A DNA stretch of 64,000 nt from positions 21,646 to 85,645 of the forward strand of contig CAZKRD010000002.1 of assembly GCA_964555185.1 (NCBI GenBank), read 5' to 3'. Under the pieces are notes generated by a model that had not been told where the DNA came from, searched no databases, and was given only the letters and a program-made list of their open reading frames with translations. This stretch comes from an uncultured Candidatus Saccharibacteria bacterium (GTDB taxonomy: Bacteria; Patescibacteriota; JAQUNI01). This document shows positions 28,227 through 37,504 of the stretch, piece by piece (position 1 is the stretch's first letter; every line of letters starts with the position of its first letter). Position numbers and translations under genes: made by a program.

Positions 28227-29315
28227 ATGAAAGAAGCGATTCTTTATCAAAAATTGAAAAAGAACAAGATTCAGTGCAATGTTTGTCAAAGACACTGTTT
28301 AATTTTAGATGGTAAGAAAGGCTATTGCCGTACGCGTTTGAACAAAAAAGGCAAGCTCTATACTCTAATTTACGGCCTTGCTTCTTCGGTTTGTTCCGAT
28401 CCGATTGAAAAAAAACCAGTCTTCCATTATCGCCCGGGGACTCGCGCCCTTTCCTTGGGCACCTGGGGTTGTAATTTCCGTTGTGTCTTTTGCCAGAATT
28501 ACAATCTTACTTATGTTAACGGTAAATCTTTAGAGGATACAGCGCGAAAAGTAAACAAGCTTGAGGAAAAAGTTCAAGAAGAGACAGGGGATTCACGGGA
28601 AATACCGACAGCAGGAATTTTGAAGCCGGAAGCAATTTCCAAACTTGCTCAAAAAGAGAATTGCCAAGGCATTGCCTGGACCTATAATGAACCAGTGATT
28701 TGGCTGGAATATACTCTAGAGGGATCAAAGCTAGCCAAAAGGATGGGTCTTTACACGGTTTATGTGACCAATGGTTATGCAACCACGGCGGCCTTAGACA
28801 CAATCGGTCCCTATCTTGATGTTTGGCGCGTGGACATTAAGAGTATGGAAGATAAGTTTTATCAGGAGATCGCGAAAGTCCCCAAGGTCTCCCCTATTCT
28901 GCAGAGCACAATCCGGGCGAAAAAGAAATGGAAAATGCACGTTGAGGTCGTAACCAATGTCATTCCGGGAATGAATGATTCAGAAGACAATCTTAGAAAA
29001 ACCGCCCAATGGATTTTCGAGAATCTGGGAGCGGATACTCCTTGGCATATCACCCGCTTTTTTCCCTATTTAGAACTAAAACACCTGCCCCCTACTCCGA
29101 TTGAGACTCTGGAGCGTGCCAGAGAGATCGGGCAAAAAGCAGGCTTAAAATTCGTTTATTTGGGCAATTTAGGCAGTCATCCCGGCGAGAACACAACCTG
29201 TCCCAAGTGCGGGGCTTTGGTGATTGAGAGGACGGGTTATCAGGTTGATTTGTTGGCTTTGGATCAAAAAGGAAACTGTAAAAAATGTGGACAGGGGCTT
29301 AATATAGTGAAGTAA
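28227..29315 (+). CDS. amrS: AmmeMemoRadiSam system radical SAM enzyme
   Basis: DPIEKKP, GCNFRCVFCQN CxxxCxxC, TYNEP, PWHITRFFP, TTCPKCG. Confidence 0.93.
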   Translation: MKEAILYQKLKKNKIQCNVCQRHCLILDGKKGYCRTRLNKKGKLYTLIYGLASSVCSDPIEKKPVFHYRPGTRALSLGTWGCNFRCVFCQNYNLTYVNGKSLEDTARKVNKLEEKVQEETGDSREIPTAGILKPEAISKLAQKENCQGIAWTYNEPVIWLEYTLEGSKLAKRMGLYTVYVTNGYATTAALDTIGPYLDVWRVDIKSMEDKFYQEIAKVPKVSPILQSTIRAKKKWKMHVEVVTNVIPGMNDSEDNLRKTAQWIFENLGADTPWHITRFFPYLELKHLPPTPIETLERAREIGQKAGLKFVYLGNLGSHPGENTTCPKCGALVIERTGYQVDLLALDQKGNCKKCGQGLNIVK

Positions 29316-29385
29316 TTCTCAATTTTCAATCAATTTTCAATTTTTTAAACCAATTAAGAAAACCAATGTTTGAAAATTGAAAATT
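29313..29385. repeat. Family C element (short)
   Basis: TTTTCAA units followed by TTGAAAA units. Confidence 0.65.
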
Positions 29386-29397
29386 TTCCTACAAATT

Positions 29398-30192
29398 ATG
29401 TTGACATTCGCAAGCATTGCCCCTCATCCTCCAATCATTGTGCCAGAGGTTGGCGGTGAGAATTTAAAGCAGGTAAAAAAGACGGTTCAGGCGATGAAAA
29501 AACTGAACAAGATTTTTGTTCAGAAAAAACCAGAAGTTGTTTTTCTAATTTCACCTCATACGATTGTAAGTGGTGAAGAATTTAATATCTTCATTGATCA
29601 AGATCTGTCTGGTTCGCTTAGGGAGTTTGGCGCGCCCGAGATTCAATTCTCTTTTGGCAGTGAGCCAGAGTTAGCAGAGAAGATCAAAAAACAGGCAAAA
29701 AAAAAGAATTTAATTGTAAATCTCTCTGGATTCTTTGAATTGGACCACGGCAGTCTAGTTCCTTTATATTATCTAAGCCAGGGACATGATCGTTTTCATT
29801 TGTTGGTTTCAAGTTTTTCAATGCTTTCCCTAGAAGATCACTTTCAATATGGTAAGATTATTGGTAAAGCAACAAAGAATTACAAGAAAAGAGTTGCGCT
29901 TGTAGCTTCTGGTGATCTATCGCATTGCCTCTCCCCTACTGCGCCTGCCGGTTACTCACCGGCTGGTCAAGAGTTTGATCAGAAGTTGGTTGATTTGATC
30001 AAAAATAATGATGTTCAAGGAATCCTGAATTTGGATAAGGGTCTGATTGAACGGGCGGGCGAGTGCGGTTTGCGCCCAATTATTATTTTATTGGGAATCC
30101 TTTCGGAATATCAGTATTCTTCAGAGATTTTGTCTTACGAAGGGCCGTTTGGAGTTGGTTACCTTGTGGCTCATTTTCAATTGGAGGACTGA
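29398..30192 (+). CDS. amrB: AmmeMemoRadiSam system protein B (Memo/LigB-like)
   Basis: PHPPII, ISPH, LDHG, ASGDLSH, AGECG, YEGPFGVGY. Confidence 0.9.
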   Translation: MLTFASIAPHPPIIVPEVGGENLKQVKKTVQAMKKLNKIFVQKKPEVVFLISPHTIVSGEEFNIFIDQDLSGSLREFGAPEIQFSFGSEPELAEKIKKQAKKKNLIVNLSGFFELDHGSLVPLYYLSQGHDRFHLLVSSFSMLSLEDHFQYGKIIGKATKNYKKRVALVASGDLSHCLSPTAPAGYSPAGQEFDQKLVDLIKNNDVQGILNLDKGLIERAGECGLRPIIILLGILSEYQYSSEILSYEGPFGVGYLVAHFQLED

Positions 30193-30195
30193 CAG

Positions 30196-30318
30196 ATGAT
30201 TGGAAGAATTATATCCTCAATTCTCGTTTGCTTTAGTTTCTTCCTCTTTTTCTCTTGGCTTTTGCAGTGGCCTGTTGGGTTCTGGAAAAAGATAAGAGAG
30301 ATAACCTGGAAGTGGTAA
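30196..30318 (+). CDS. Candidate 40-aa membrane peptide (MIGRIISSILVCFSFFLFFSWLLQWPVGFWKKIREITWKW)
   Basis: Below the ORF-track cutoff; GGAGG 8 nt upstream; hydrophobic helix plus basic/Trp tail. Confidence 0.45.
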   Translation: MIGRIISSILVCFSFFLFFSWLLQWPVGFWKKIREITWKW

Positions 30319-30361
30319 AGAGAAATAGAAGATCTGGAATTTTAGTTTCCTCTCTGTGCTT

Positions 30362-30390
30362 AGCCCATGCTTTTTAGCAGGGCTTTTTTT
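30362..30390 (+). terminator. Intrinsic terminator-like hairpin
   Basis: GCCC(A)TGCT-TTTTT-AGCAGGGC followed by T7. Confidence 0.55.
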
Positions 30391-30448
30391 GCCCAAAATC
30401 AGGCAAGGTGTTAAAATAGTAATATCTTGATCTCCGAATTTTAACTTT

Positions 30449-30970
30449 ATGAACCCCTATTCTGCTTTAGCTCGCGAAGCGCTCAAAACTTATCTTGAAA
30501 CCGGAGAAATAAGTAAACCGCCTCCGGATTTACCAAAAGAGATGGTTGCAAAAAAAGCCGGGGTTTTTGTTACGATAGAAAGAGGCGAGGAACTGCGCGG
30601 TTGTATCGGCACCTTCTTGCCAGTATATAGCAATATAGTGAAAGAGATAATCAAAAACGCGATTGCCGCAGGCACTCGAGATAATCGTTTTTTACCAATA
30701 ACTATTTCTGAAATCCCGGATTTAAGTTTTACGGTTTCGATTCTGTCTGAACCAAAAAAGGTTGAAGGTTTAGAGGATTTAGACCCCAAAAAATATGGAG
30801 TGATTGTTAAAGGCGAGTCCACCAACCGCCGCGGTCTCCTGCTCCCTGATCTTCCGGGGATTAATACCCCAGATAAACAAGTAACGATTTGTTTGCAAAA
30901 AGGAGGCATTAATCCAGAGGAAGAGAAAATTTCTTTCTATCGTTTTACTGTGAAGAAACACAGAGGTTAA
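30449..30970 (+). CDS. amrA: AmmeMemoRadiSam system protein A (AMMECR1-like)
   Basis: GVFVTI, LRGCIGT, RF.P, GLLLP. Confidence 0.92.
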   Translation: MNPYSALAREALKTYLETGEISKPPPDLPKEMVAKKAGVFVTIERGEELRGCIGTFLPVYSNIVKEIIKNAIAAGTRDNRFLPITISEIPDLSFTVSILSEPKKVEGLEDLDPKKYGVIVKGESTNRRGLLLPDLPGINTPDKQVTICLQKGGINPEEEKISFYRFTVKKHRG

Positions 30971-30973
30971 ATT

Positions 30974-32932
30974 ATGCCTAAATACATCAAAGTTGTTTTG
31001 GAAGCGAATATTCCGCCAGCTAAAAATCAGTTGTTCACCTACCACACGGAGGAAAAGTTTAAGATTGGCCAGGAAGTGGTTGTCCCCTTTCGTTCTCGGA
31101 AGTTACGCGGTGTTGTTTGGGGAGAGGAGAGAAGAAAGCCGAATTTTCCCACAAAGAAAATTATTCAACTTACTGATCAGATTCCGAGTTTAAGCAAGGA
31201 GCAAATTAAGCTCGCGATCTGGATTTCAGAGTACTATTATTGCTCTTTGGGCTTGGCCGTAAAATCGATGCTGCCTCGAAGAGTGAAAAGAAGAGGCACG
31301 GATTCAAAAACAAGAAAGCTCAATGATAAGAAAGTCAGATTAACCCCTAGACAAAAGCAGGTTTTAGATACTATTTTGAGGAGTAAAGATAAGACGTTTC
31401 TATTACACGGGGTAACCGGTTCAGGCAAGACCGAGATTTACCTCCGTCTTTGCCAGGAGGTTTTAGGAGATGGCAAACAGGTAATGATTTTAGTCCCCGA
31501 GATCTCTTTGACCCATCAAGCGATTGACTTATTTACTGCCCGCTTTCCCGGGGAAGTTGCGGTGATCCACAGTCGCCTATCTTTTGGCCAGAGGTTTTGG
31601 GCCTGGGAGCGGTTAAGAAGCGGAAAAGCAAAGATTGTGATTGGCCCCAGATCTGCTGTTTTTGCTCCGGTCCGGAATTTGGGATTAATTGTTCTGGATG
31701 AAGAGCACGATTCTTCTTTTAAGCAGTATGATCAGAATCCTCGCTACCACGCGCGGGAAGTAGCCTTGAGATTAGCCAAACTCTTTGGAGCGAAAGTGAT
31801 TTTAGGCAGTGCCACCCCGAGTCTAGAAAGTTATTATCAAGCGAAGAAAAGGGATTTCAAATTATTAGAGTTACCAGAAAGGATTGGCAAGACCAGTCTG
31901 CCAAAGGTGAAAATAGTTGATCTGCGCGGAGAATTTAGGGGAGGCAGCCGTTCTATTTTAAGTGAGAGGTTGAAAGAGAGTTTGAACAAGGTTATTGCTG
32001 GACACAAACAGGCAATCCTGTTTGTGAACAGAAGGGGCGCGGCGACTTTTGTTTTTTGCCGCGACTGCGGTTATGTTTTAAAATGTCCGAATTGTGATGT
32101 TTCTTTGACTTACCATTTAGGGCTGAAAGCAAAATTAACCTGTCATTATTGTAATTTTAACACTGATCCACTCTCCTTTTGCCCTCATTGCAAAAGCCCT
32201 TATATTAAATACTTTGGCCTGGGCACCCAGAGGGTAGAGAGCGAGCTTCGGGCTTTGTTTCCTAGGGTTCGACTTGCCCGTTTTGACCGTGATTCCACCA
32301 AGTTAAAAGACGCGCATAAAAAGATCTACTATGATTTTTTAAATCACAAGATTGATATTTTAGTCGGGACCCAAATGCTGGCCCAGGGCTGGGATTTGCC
32401 AAAAGTTTCTTTAATTGGTATCATATTGGCTGATTCAGATCTTAATCTCCCTGATTTTCGGGCAAGTGAACGGACCTTTAGACTCTTAACCCAGGTGGCA
32501 GGCAGGACCGGCAGAGGTAAAAGCGTGGGCCAGGTAATTCTGCAGACCTATAACCCAGATAATTTCGCAATCAGTCTGGCAGCAAAACATAACTACAAAG
32601 CTTTTTATCGAAAGGAGATTTTAAATCGCGAAGAGCTTTTTTTTCCTCCTGTAACCCAAGCGATAAAGCTTATTTATCGCGGTTATAAGAAAGAGAAAGT
32701 AGAAAAAGAAGCGATCAGTCTGGCAGGGAAGCTTAAAACCGCTATTGCCCGTTTTAAATTAAAGACCATTGTTTTAGGCCCTGCTCCTTGTTTTATCCCC
32801 CGGGTCCGCAGACGTTATCGCTATCATTTAATCTTGATGTTTAAACCGGGTGCTAAGCGAACCAAATCTCGGCTGCTGGGTTTGGTCCCTGCTGATTGGA
32901 TTATAGATGTAGATCCGGAGAGTTTGTTATAG
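30974..32932 (+). CDS. priA: Primosomal protein N'
   Basis: GVTGSGKTEIY, VPEISLT, DEEHD, four CxxC, DFRASER. Confidence 0.97.
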   Translation: MPKYIKVVLEANIPPAKNQLFTYHTEEKFKIGQEVVVPFRSRKLRGVVWGEERRKPNFPTKKIIQLTDQIPSLSKEQIKLAIWISEYYYCSLGLAVKSMLPRRVKRRGTDSKTRKLNDKKVRLTPRQKQVLDTILRSKDKTFLLHGVTGSGKTEIYLRLCQEVLGDGKQVMILVPEISLTHQAIDLFTARFPGEVAVIHSRLSFGQRFWAWERLRSGKAKIVIGPRSAVFAPVRNLGLIVLDEEHDSSFKQYDQNPRYHAREVALRLAKLFGAKVILGSATPSLESYYQAKKRDFKLLELPERIGKTSLPKVKIVDLRGEFRGGSRSILSERLKESLNKVIAGHKQAILFVNRRGAATFVFCRDCGYVLKCPNCDVSLTYHLGLKAKLTCHYCNFNTDPLSFCPHCKSPYIKYFGLGTQRVESELRALFPRVRLARFDRDSTKLKDAHKKIYYDFLNHKIDILVGTQMLAQGWDLPKVSLIGIILADSDLNLPDFRASERTFRLLTQVAGRTGRGKSVGQVILQTYNPDNFAISLAAKHNYKAFYRKEILNREELFFPPVTQAIKLIYRGYKKEKVEKEAISLAGKLKTAIARFKLKTIVLGPAPCFIPRVRRRYRYHLILMFKPGAKRTKSRLLGLVPADWIIDVDPESLL

Positions 32933-32947
32933 ATAAGTTTTATATTT

Positions 32948-33394
32948 ATGTCAAAACTACGGATTCTAACCGCTCCTGATCCTGTCTTGCGCAAAAAAAG
33001 CGCGGAGGTAAAAGATCCTCAAGACCCTTTTATTCAAAGGTTGATTTTGAATATGAAAGAAACCTTAAAACAGGGAAACAAAGGGATTGGTTTGGCTGCT
33101 CCCCAAGTAGGGGTGAACAAGAAAGTGATTATTATTAAGCTTTGGCACAGTGAATATGTTTTAATTAACCCTCGTTTAACTTACGAATCGCGGGAGAAGG
33201 AGGTTTCTGAAGAAGGTTGTCTTTCCCTGCCCGGTGTTTTTCTAAACATTGAACGGTCAAAAAAGGTCCGGGTCAAAGCCCTGGATCAGGGGGGCAAGAA
33301 AATAAAGATTAAAGCAAGGGGTTTGTTGGCGCGTGTTTTGCAGCATGAGATTGATCATTTGGAAGGGGTCTTAATTACGGATTTAAGTGAATAG
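32948..33394 (+). CDS. def: Peptide deformylase
   Basis: GIGLAAPQVG, EGCLS, QHEIDHL. Confidence 0.98.
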   Translation: MSKLRILTAPDPVLRKKSAEVKDPQDPFIQRLILNMKETLKQGNKGIGLAAPQVGVNKKVIIIKLWHSEYVLINPRLTYESREKEVSEEGCLSLPGVFLNIERSKKVRVKALDQGGKKIKIKARGLLARVLQHEIDHLEGVLITDLSE

Positions 33395-33452
33395 AAAACA
33401 AGGATTATTATATTAATTTTTTATTTTTTAATTTTTATTTAGTAATCGAAAG

Positions 33453-34397
33453 ATGAAAAGTTTGAATCCAAGAATAATTTTTATGGGCACTTCTGATTTT
33501 GCCCTGCCTGCTTTCAGTAAGCTTTTAGCTTCTTCTTTTGATCTTATTGCCGCTTTTGTAAAGCCAGACAGAAAGGCCGGACGAGGATTAAAATGCTTTT
33601 GTTGCCCGGTTAAAGACTTTGCTTTAAAACACAAAATTCCTGTTTTTCAACCGGAAAGTTTGAAAAAGAAAAAGGTAATTGACGAAATCAGAGAACTAAA
33701 ACCTGATTTGGTTGTGGTTGCCGCCTATGGTTTGCTAATCCCAAAAAAGATTTTAGAGATTCCAAAGAAAGGGAGTCTTAATATCCATCCTTCCCTGCTC
33801 CCTCGCTACCGCGGCCCTTCTCCGATCCAGGCGGCAATTTTGGATAATGAACAAAAGACCGGTGTTTCGATTATGCTTTTGGATCAGGAAATGGATCATG
33901 GGCCTGTCATTTTTCAAAAAGAAATTAAGATTGAGAAAAAAGATAATCAAATTACTTTGGGTAGAAAACTGGCTGGTTTGGGAGCAAAGACCTTGATTCA
34001 GGTCTTGCCTCTATATCTTACAGAAAAGGTGAAGCCGAAAGATCAAGATCATAATAAAGCTACTTTTACCAAGCTTCTGAAAAAAGAAGATGGGAAGATT
34101 GACTGGAATCAAGGAGCAGCCCAAATTGAGCGCAAAGTTAGGGCTTATTTAGGCTGGCCCGGAGCTTACACGAAATGGCAGGAGAAGAGAATCATTATCT
34201 TGGATAGTGAGGTTTTGGCTTCTGACCGCTATCGCGAGAAAAACGGCGAGGTTTTTGAAATTGACAGCAAGCTGCATGTGCAGTGCGGCAAGAATGTTTT
34301 AAAAATAAAAAAACTCCAGTTATCCGGCAAAAAGCCAGTGGCTGGAGCGGAGTTTCTGCGTGGTTATTCGCAGGCCATTGGTTCTATTTGTAATTAA
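33453..34397 (+). CDS. fmt: Methionyl-tRNA formyltransferase
   Basis: IFMGTSDFA, NIHPSLLPRYRGPSPIQ, MDHG. Confidence 0.97.
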   Translation: MKSLNPRIIFMGTSDFALPAFSKLLASSFDLIAAFVKPDRKAGRGLKCFCCPVKDFALKHKIPVFQPESLKKKKVIDEIRELKPDLVVVAAYGLLIPKKILEIPKKGSLNIHPSLLPRYRGPSPIQAAILDNEQKTGVSIMLLDQEMDHGPVIFQKEIKIEKKDNQITLGRKLAGLGAKTLIQVLPLYLTEKVKPKDQDHNKATFTKLLKKEDGKIDWNQGAAQIERKVRAYLGWPGAYTKWQEKRIIILDSEVLASDRYREKNGEVFEIDSKLHVQCGKNVLKIKKLQLSGKKPVAGAEFLRGYSQAIGSICN

Positions 34398-34405
34398 AAC
34401 TATCC

Positions 34406-34603
34406 TTATTCCTCGCAAACTACATAATTCTTAACAGGAACCTGATAGGCTTTCCTGCCGCTTTCCAGATATTGAAGCCAGAGAAAGACCCCAGTAGTCA
34501 TTATGATTGTATCTGCTCTTAAAACCTTGGCCTTGGGTGCATTAGGAGAAGAGTGGTGGCGGACTATTTTCCCGTTCCATTTTTCTAGTTCCCTGTTTTC
34601 CAT
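34406..34603 (-). CDS. Small hypothetical protein
   Basis: 65 aa with strong AAAGGAGG RBS. Confidence 0.6.
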   Translation of the reverse strand: MENRELEKWNGKIVRHHSSPNAPKAKVLRADTIIMTTGVFLWLQYLESGRKAYQVPVKNYVVCEE

Positions 34604-34640
34604 GTTTAACCCTCCTTTCTTTCTGTTGAACCAGATGATA

Positions 34641-35051
34641 TCAACTCACTTTATCAATCGCTTCATTGACCAGTTTATCGGCTTGTTTGTTCTTCTCGCG
34701 CGGAATGTGAGAGAAGGTGATTTCTGGAAAAGAACAAGCTAAATTTTCTACTTCGGCAAACAAGGGTTTTAACCCTTTGTTTTTTATTCTATAAAATCCG
34801 TTTAGCTGTTTAACAATCAGTTCTGAATCAAGATAACAGATTACTTTTTTAGGATTCAATTTTTTTGCCCTTGATAAGGCAAAAATCAGGGCTTTGTATT
34901 CTGCCTGGTTATTGGTTGCTTTTCCAATATATTCTGAGTATTTTTTGCACTTACTGGAACCGTTACAGATCACGATGCCAATACCGGCTGGTCCGGGATT
35001 GCTGCGCGCCCCGCCGTCAGTATAGATTTTAAGATCACTGTTTTTTTTCAT
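34641..35051 (-). CDS. rnhA: Ribonuclease HI family protein
   Basis: YTDGGARSNPG, TNNQAEY, DSELIV, HIPREKNKQADKL. Confidence 0.93.
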   Translation of the reverse strand: MKKNSDLKIYTDGGARSNPGPAGIGIVICNGSSKCKKYSEYIGKATNNQAEYKALIFALSRAKKLNPKKVICYLDSELIVKQLNGFYRIKNKGLKPLFAEVENLACSFPEITFSHIPREKNKQADKLVNEAIDKVS

Positions 35052-35063
35052 TATATTCCATTT

Positions 35064-35192
35064 TGTCTATTAGCGAGGAGCCCGTCCGAAGGACGAGGCG
35101 ACGAAGCAATCTCATTAGACTGTTGATGTTTTTCGACGAGATTGTTTCGTCGCTCTCCCTCGATAAACTCGGGATCGCTCCTCGCAATGACA
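35064..35192. repeat. RPE-like large palindromic element
   Basis: TGTC..GCGAGGAGC..GCGACGAAGCAATCTC / GAGATTGTTTCGTCGC..GCTCCTCGCAATGACA inverted arms. Confidence 0.8.
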
Positions 35193-35193
35193 T

Positions 35194-36939
35194 TTACTCT
35201 GATATTCTCAAATCAACGACCTTCAGTTGCAGTTTTCGGTTTCCGTTCCACTCATCACTTAGTAATTCATAGACTACATCCATTTTATCACCTGGAATTA
35301 GTTTGTAAATCCAATCGCCCAAATTAAATCCAATAGCATCAAGGATTTTTCCATTTTTATCCCGCAGTTTAAGCTTCAAATGTTTGTTTTCAACACCAAC
35401 TCCCCTAACCTGAAGCAGAGGAGCCTTGGAAGCTAAAAAGCGAGGGACGGGATTACCTTCGCCAAAAGGCTGAAATCTCTCAATTTGTCCAAAAATTTTC
35501 CAGTTTATTTCATTTAAATCAAGGTTCGCATCTATATCCAGGCTCGGCCTAAGTTCTTCCGGTTTTATTTTTTCTCGGGCGATTTTTTCGAGCTTTTGAT
35601 AGAAAAGAGATATCTTAGAGGTTTCCAAGGTGAAGCCGGCCGCTGTTTTATGCCCGCCATAACGGAGCAGCATCTTTTCGCAAAGCCCAAGCGCTTTACT
35701 GATATCAAAAGATTCAATGCTGCGCGCAGAGCCCACTGATTCTTTCTTCCCTCTTTTAATGATTAGGCAGGGCTTTCCGTATTGATCACAGATTCTACCG
35801 GCAACCAAACCAGCAATACCGGAAGACCAGGAGGGGTGGGAAGCGAGGAGCACTTTTTTTCCTTCTGTTTTTCCGATTTGGGCTTCTGCTTCTTGCAAGA
35901 CTCCCCGGGTTAATTTTTGACGCTCCTGATTGGTTGTCTCCAGCTCTCGGGCGAGTTTTTCTGCTTCTCTTTCAGATTCAGTCAAAACAAGCTTAAAAGC
36001 GGTATTGGCGTGCAGGAGTCTGCCTGCGGCATTCAAGCGCGGTGCAATCTGAAAGCCGATACTATGAGTGTTTAGAGGAGAGATTTTAGGCTTCAACCTT
36101 GCTAATTCGAATAGCTTTTTGAGCCCAATGTTTTGGCTCTGGTTTAAGATAATCAGGCCGTATTTAACCAAGACTCGGTTTTCCCCTAAGATTGGACAGA
36201 GATCAGCGACCGTGCCAATCGCAACCAGATCTAGGAGCCATTTTTCAAAAGCCTCTTTTAAAAGCGCGGGCTTTTTTTTATCTTTTTGGAGTAGAGCTTG
36301 AGCCAGCTTAAAGGCAATGCCGACACCAGCCAGTTCTTTAAAGGGATATTTGTCTTTTTTCTGTCTGACATTTAGGATGGCATAAGCGGCTGGCAGTTTT
36401 TTCGGTATTTGGTGATGGTCAGAGACGATGACATCAATTCCAAGTTTGCGCGCCAGAAGCACTTGTTTTATATTGCTGATCCCGCAGTCAACCGTAATAA
36501 TTAGGTCAATTTTTTCTTTGCCAAATTTCTGAACGATTTTTTCATTCAGGCCGTAACCTTCCCTTTGGCGATGCGGGATATAGGTATTTAATCTTTTTGC
36601 CCCGAGGAATTTTAAGGTTTTGTAAAGGAGAGCAGAAGAAGTGATGCCGTCAGCATCATAGTCGCCGTAGATTACTATTTTTTCTTTTTTTTGGATAGCA
36701 CAAAAAATGCGATCAACTGCCCGACCCATATCGCGAATTAGATATGGATCGTAAAGCCCCTCTTTATAATCAGGTTCTAGAAATTTTGTGATCGCGTTTT
36801 TGATTTCCTGCCTGCCGGCAGGCAGGTTGAGATTTCGATTGTAAAAAAGTTGAATAATAACGGGATGGAAATTGGGGAGTTTTTTGGCAAAGTTTTTCGG
36901 AAAGACTTGGGCCAATTTCCATCTTTTTTCAATTTTCAT
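35194..36939 (-). CDS. recJ: ssDNA exonuclease RecJ
   Basis: YGDYDADG, ITVDCG, SDHH, GTVAD, PRLNAAGR, YGGHKTAAG, PFGEGNP. Confidence 0.97.
   Translation of the reverse strand: MKIEKRWKLAQVFPKNFAKKLPNFHPVIIQLFYNRNLNLPAGRQEIKNAITKFLEPDYKEGLYDPYLIRDMGRAVDRIFCAIQKKEKIVIYGDYDADGITSSALLYKTLKFLGAKRLNTYIPHRQREGYGLNEKIVQKFGKEKIDLIITVDCGISNIKQVLLARKLGIDVIVSDHHQIPKKLPAAYAILNVRQKKDKYPFKELAGVGIAFKLAQALLQKDKKKPALLKEAFEKWLLDLVAIGTVADLCPILGENRVLVKYGLIILNQSQNIGLKKLFELARLKPKISPLNTHSIGFQIAPRLNAAGRLLHANTAFKLVLTESEREAEKLARELETTNQERQKLTRGVLQEAEAQIGKTEGKKVLLASHPSWSSGIAGLVAGRICDQYGKPCLIIKRGKKESVGSARSIESFDISKALGLCEKMLLRYGGHKTAAGFTLETSKISLFYQKLEKIAREKIKPEELRPSLDIDANLDLNEINWKIFGQIERFQPFGEGNPVPRFLASKAPLLQVRGVGVENKHLKLKLRDKNGKILDAIGFNLGDWIYKLIPGDKMDVVYELLSDEWNGNRKLQLKVVDLRISE
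36807..36826. repeat. Perfect 20-bp palindrome CCTGCCTGCCGGCAGGCAGG inside recJ (encodes LPAGRQ)
   Basis: Seen directly; the same element occurs in intergenic positions. Confidence 0.85.
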
Positions 36940-37501
36940 CTTTATCTTTTTTTATAAGGCGTACCCCCCTATCGAAAGCTTTGTAATTTAACGCTTCCAT
37001 CTCTGGTTTTTGCTTAAATTTGTGTCCGAGTTGCTTTTTGATCGCTTGCTTGATCCCTTTTTCTTCTAAAAAAGGGATCAAAGGGATAAGTGCACCCAAG
37101 ATAATTATATTCAGAACCTGTGGTGTGAATTCTTCGGAAGCAATTTTTTTAGCATCAATTGGGATTAGAGACTTTGCATTGGGTAACAGTTCTTTGGTAA
37201 CCTCTGAGCTGTTATAGATGATTCTACTTTGATTGTCAGCATAACGCTTTGTCCGTTCTGTGGAACGTTTACTTAAAAGGACTAAGAGGTCTGCTTTGGA
37301 GAATTTAGGGTAATAAAGGTTTTCTTTTCCGATTTGGACGAAAGCAACAGAAACGCCGCCTCTTTGTTCTACACCAAAATTAGGCAGATAAAGCGCTTTT
37401 AAATTTTTTTGGAAAGCGGCCTGGGCCAAAATTTTACCAATAGTCTGTACGCCCTGCCCGCCCTCACCAGCAATAATGATTTTTAAGATATTATTAACCA
37501 T
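36929..37501 (-). CDS. 2-oxoacid:ferredoxin oxidoreductase gamma subunit
   Basis: AGEGGQG, FGVEQRGG, NIIILGA. Confidence 0.9.
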   Translation of the reverse strand: MVNNILKIIIAGEGGQGVQTIGKILAQAAFQKNLKALYLPNFGVEQRGGVSVAFVQIGKENLYYPKFSKADLLVLLSKRSTERTKRYADNQSRIIYNSSEVTKELLPNAKSLIPIDAKKIASEEFTPQVLNIIILGALIPLIPFLEEKGIKQAIKKQLGHKFKQKPEMEALNYKAFDRGVRLIKKDKDEN

Positions 37502-37504
37502 AAA

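Noticed and set aside
35063-35327. ORFs 35063-35272 and 35142-35327
   Set aside because: They are translations of the palindromic element and the recJ antisense strand.
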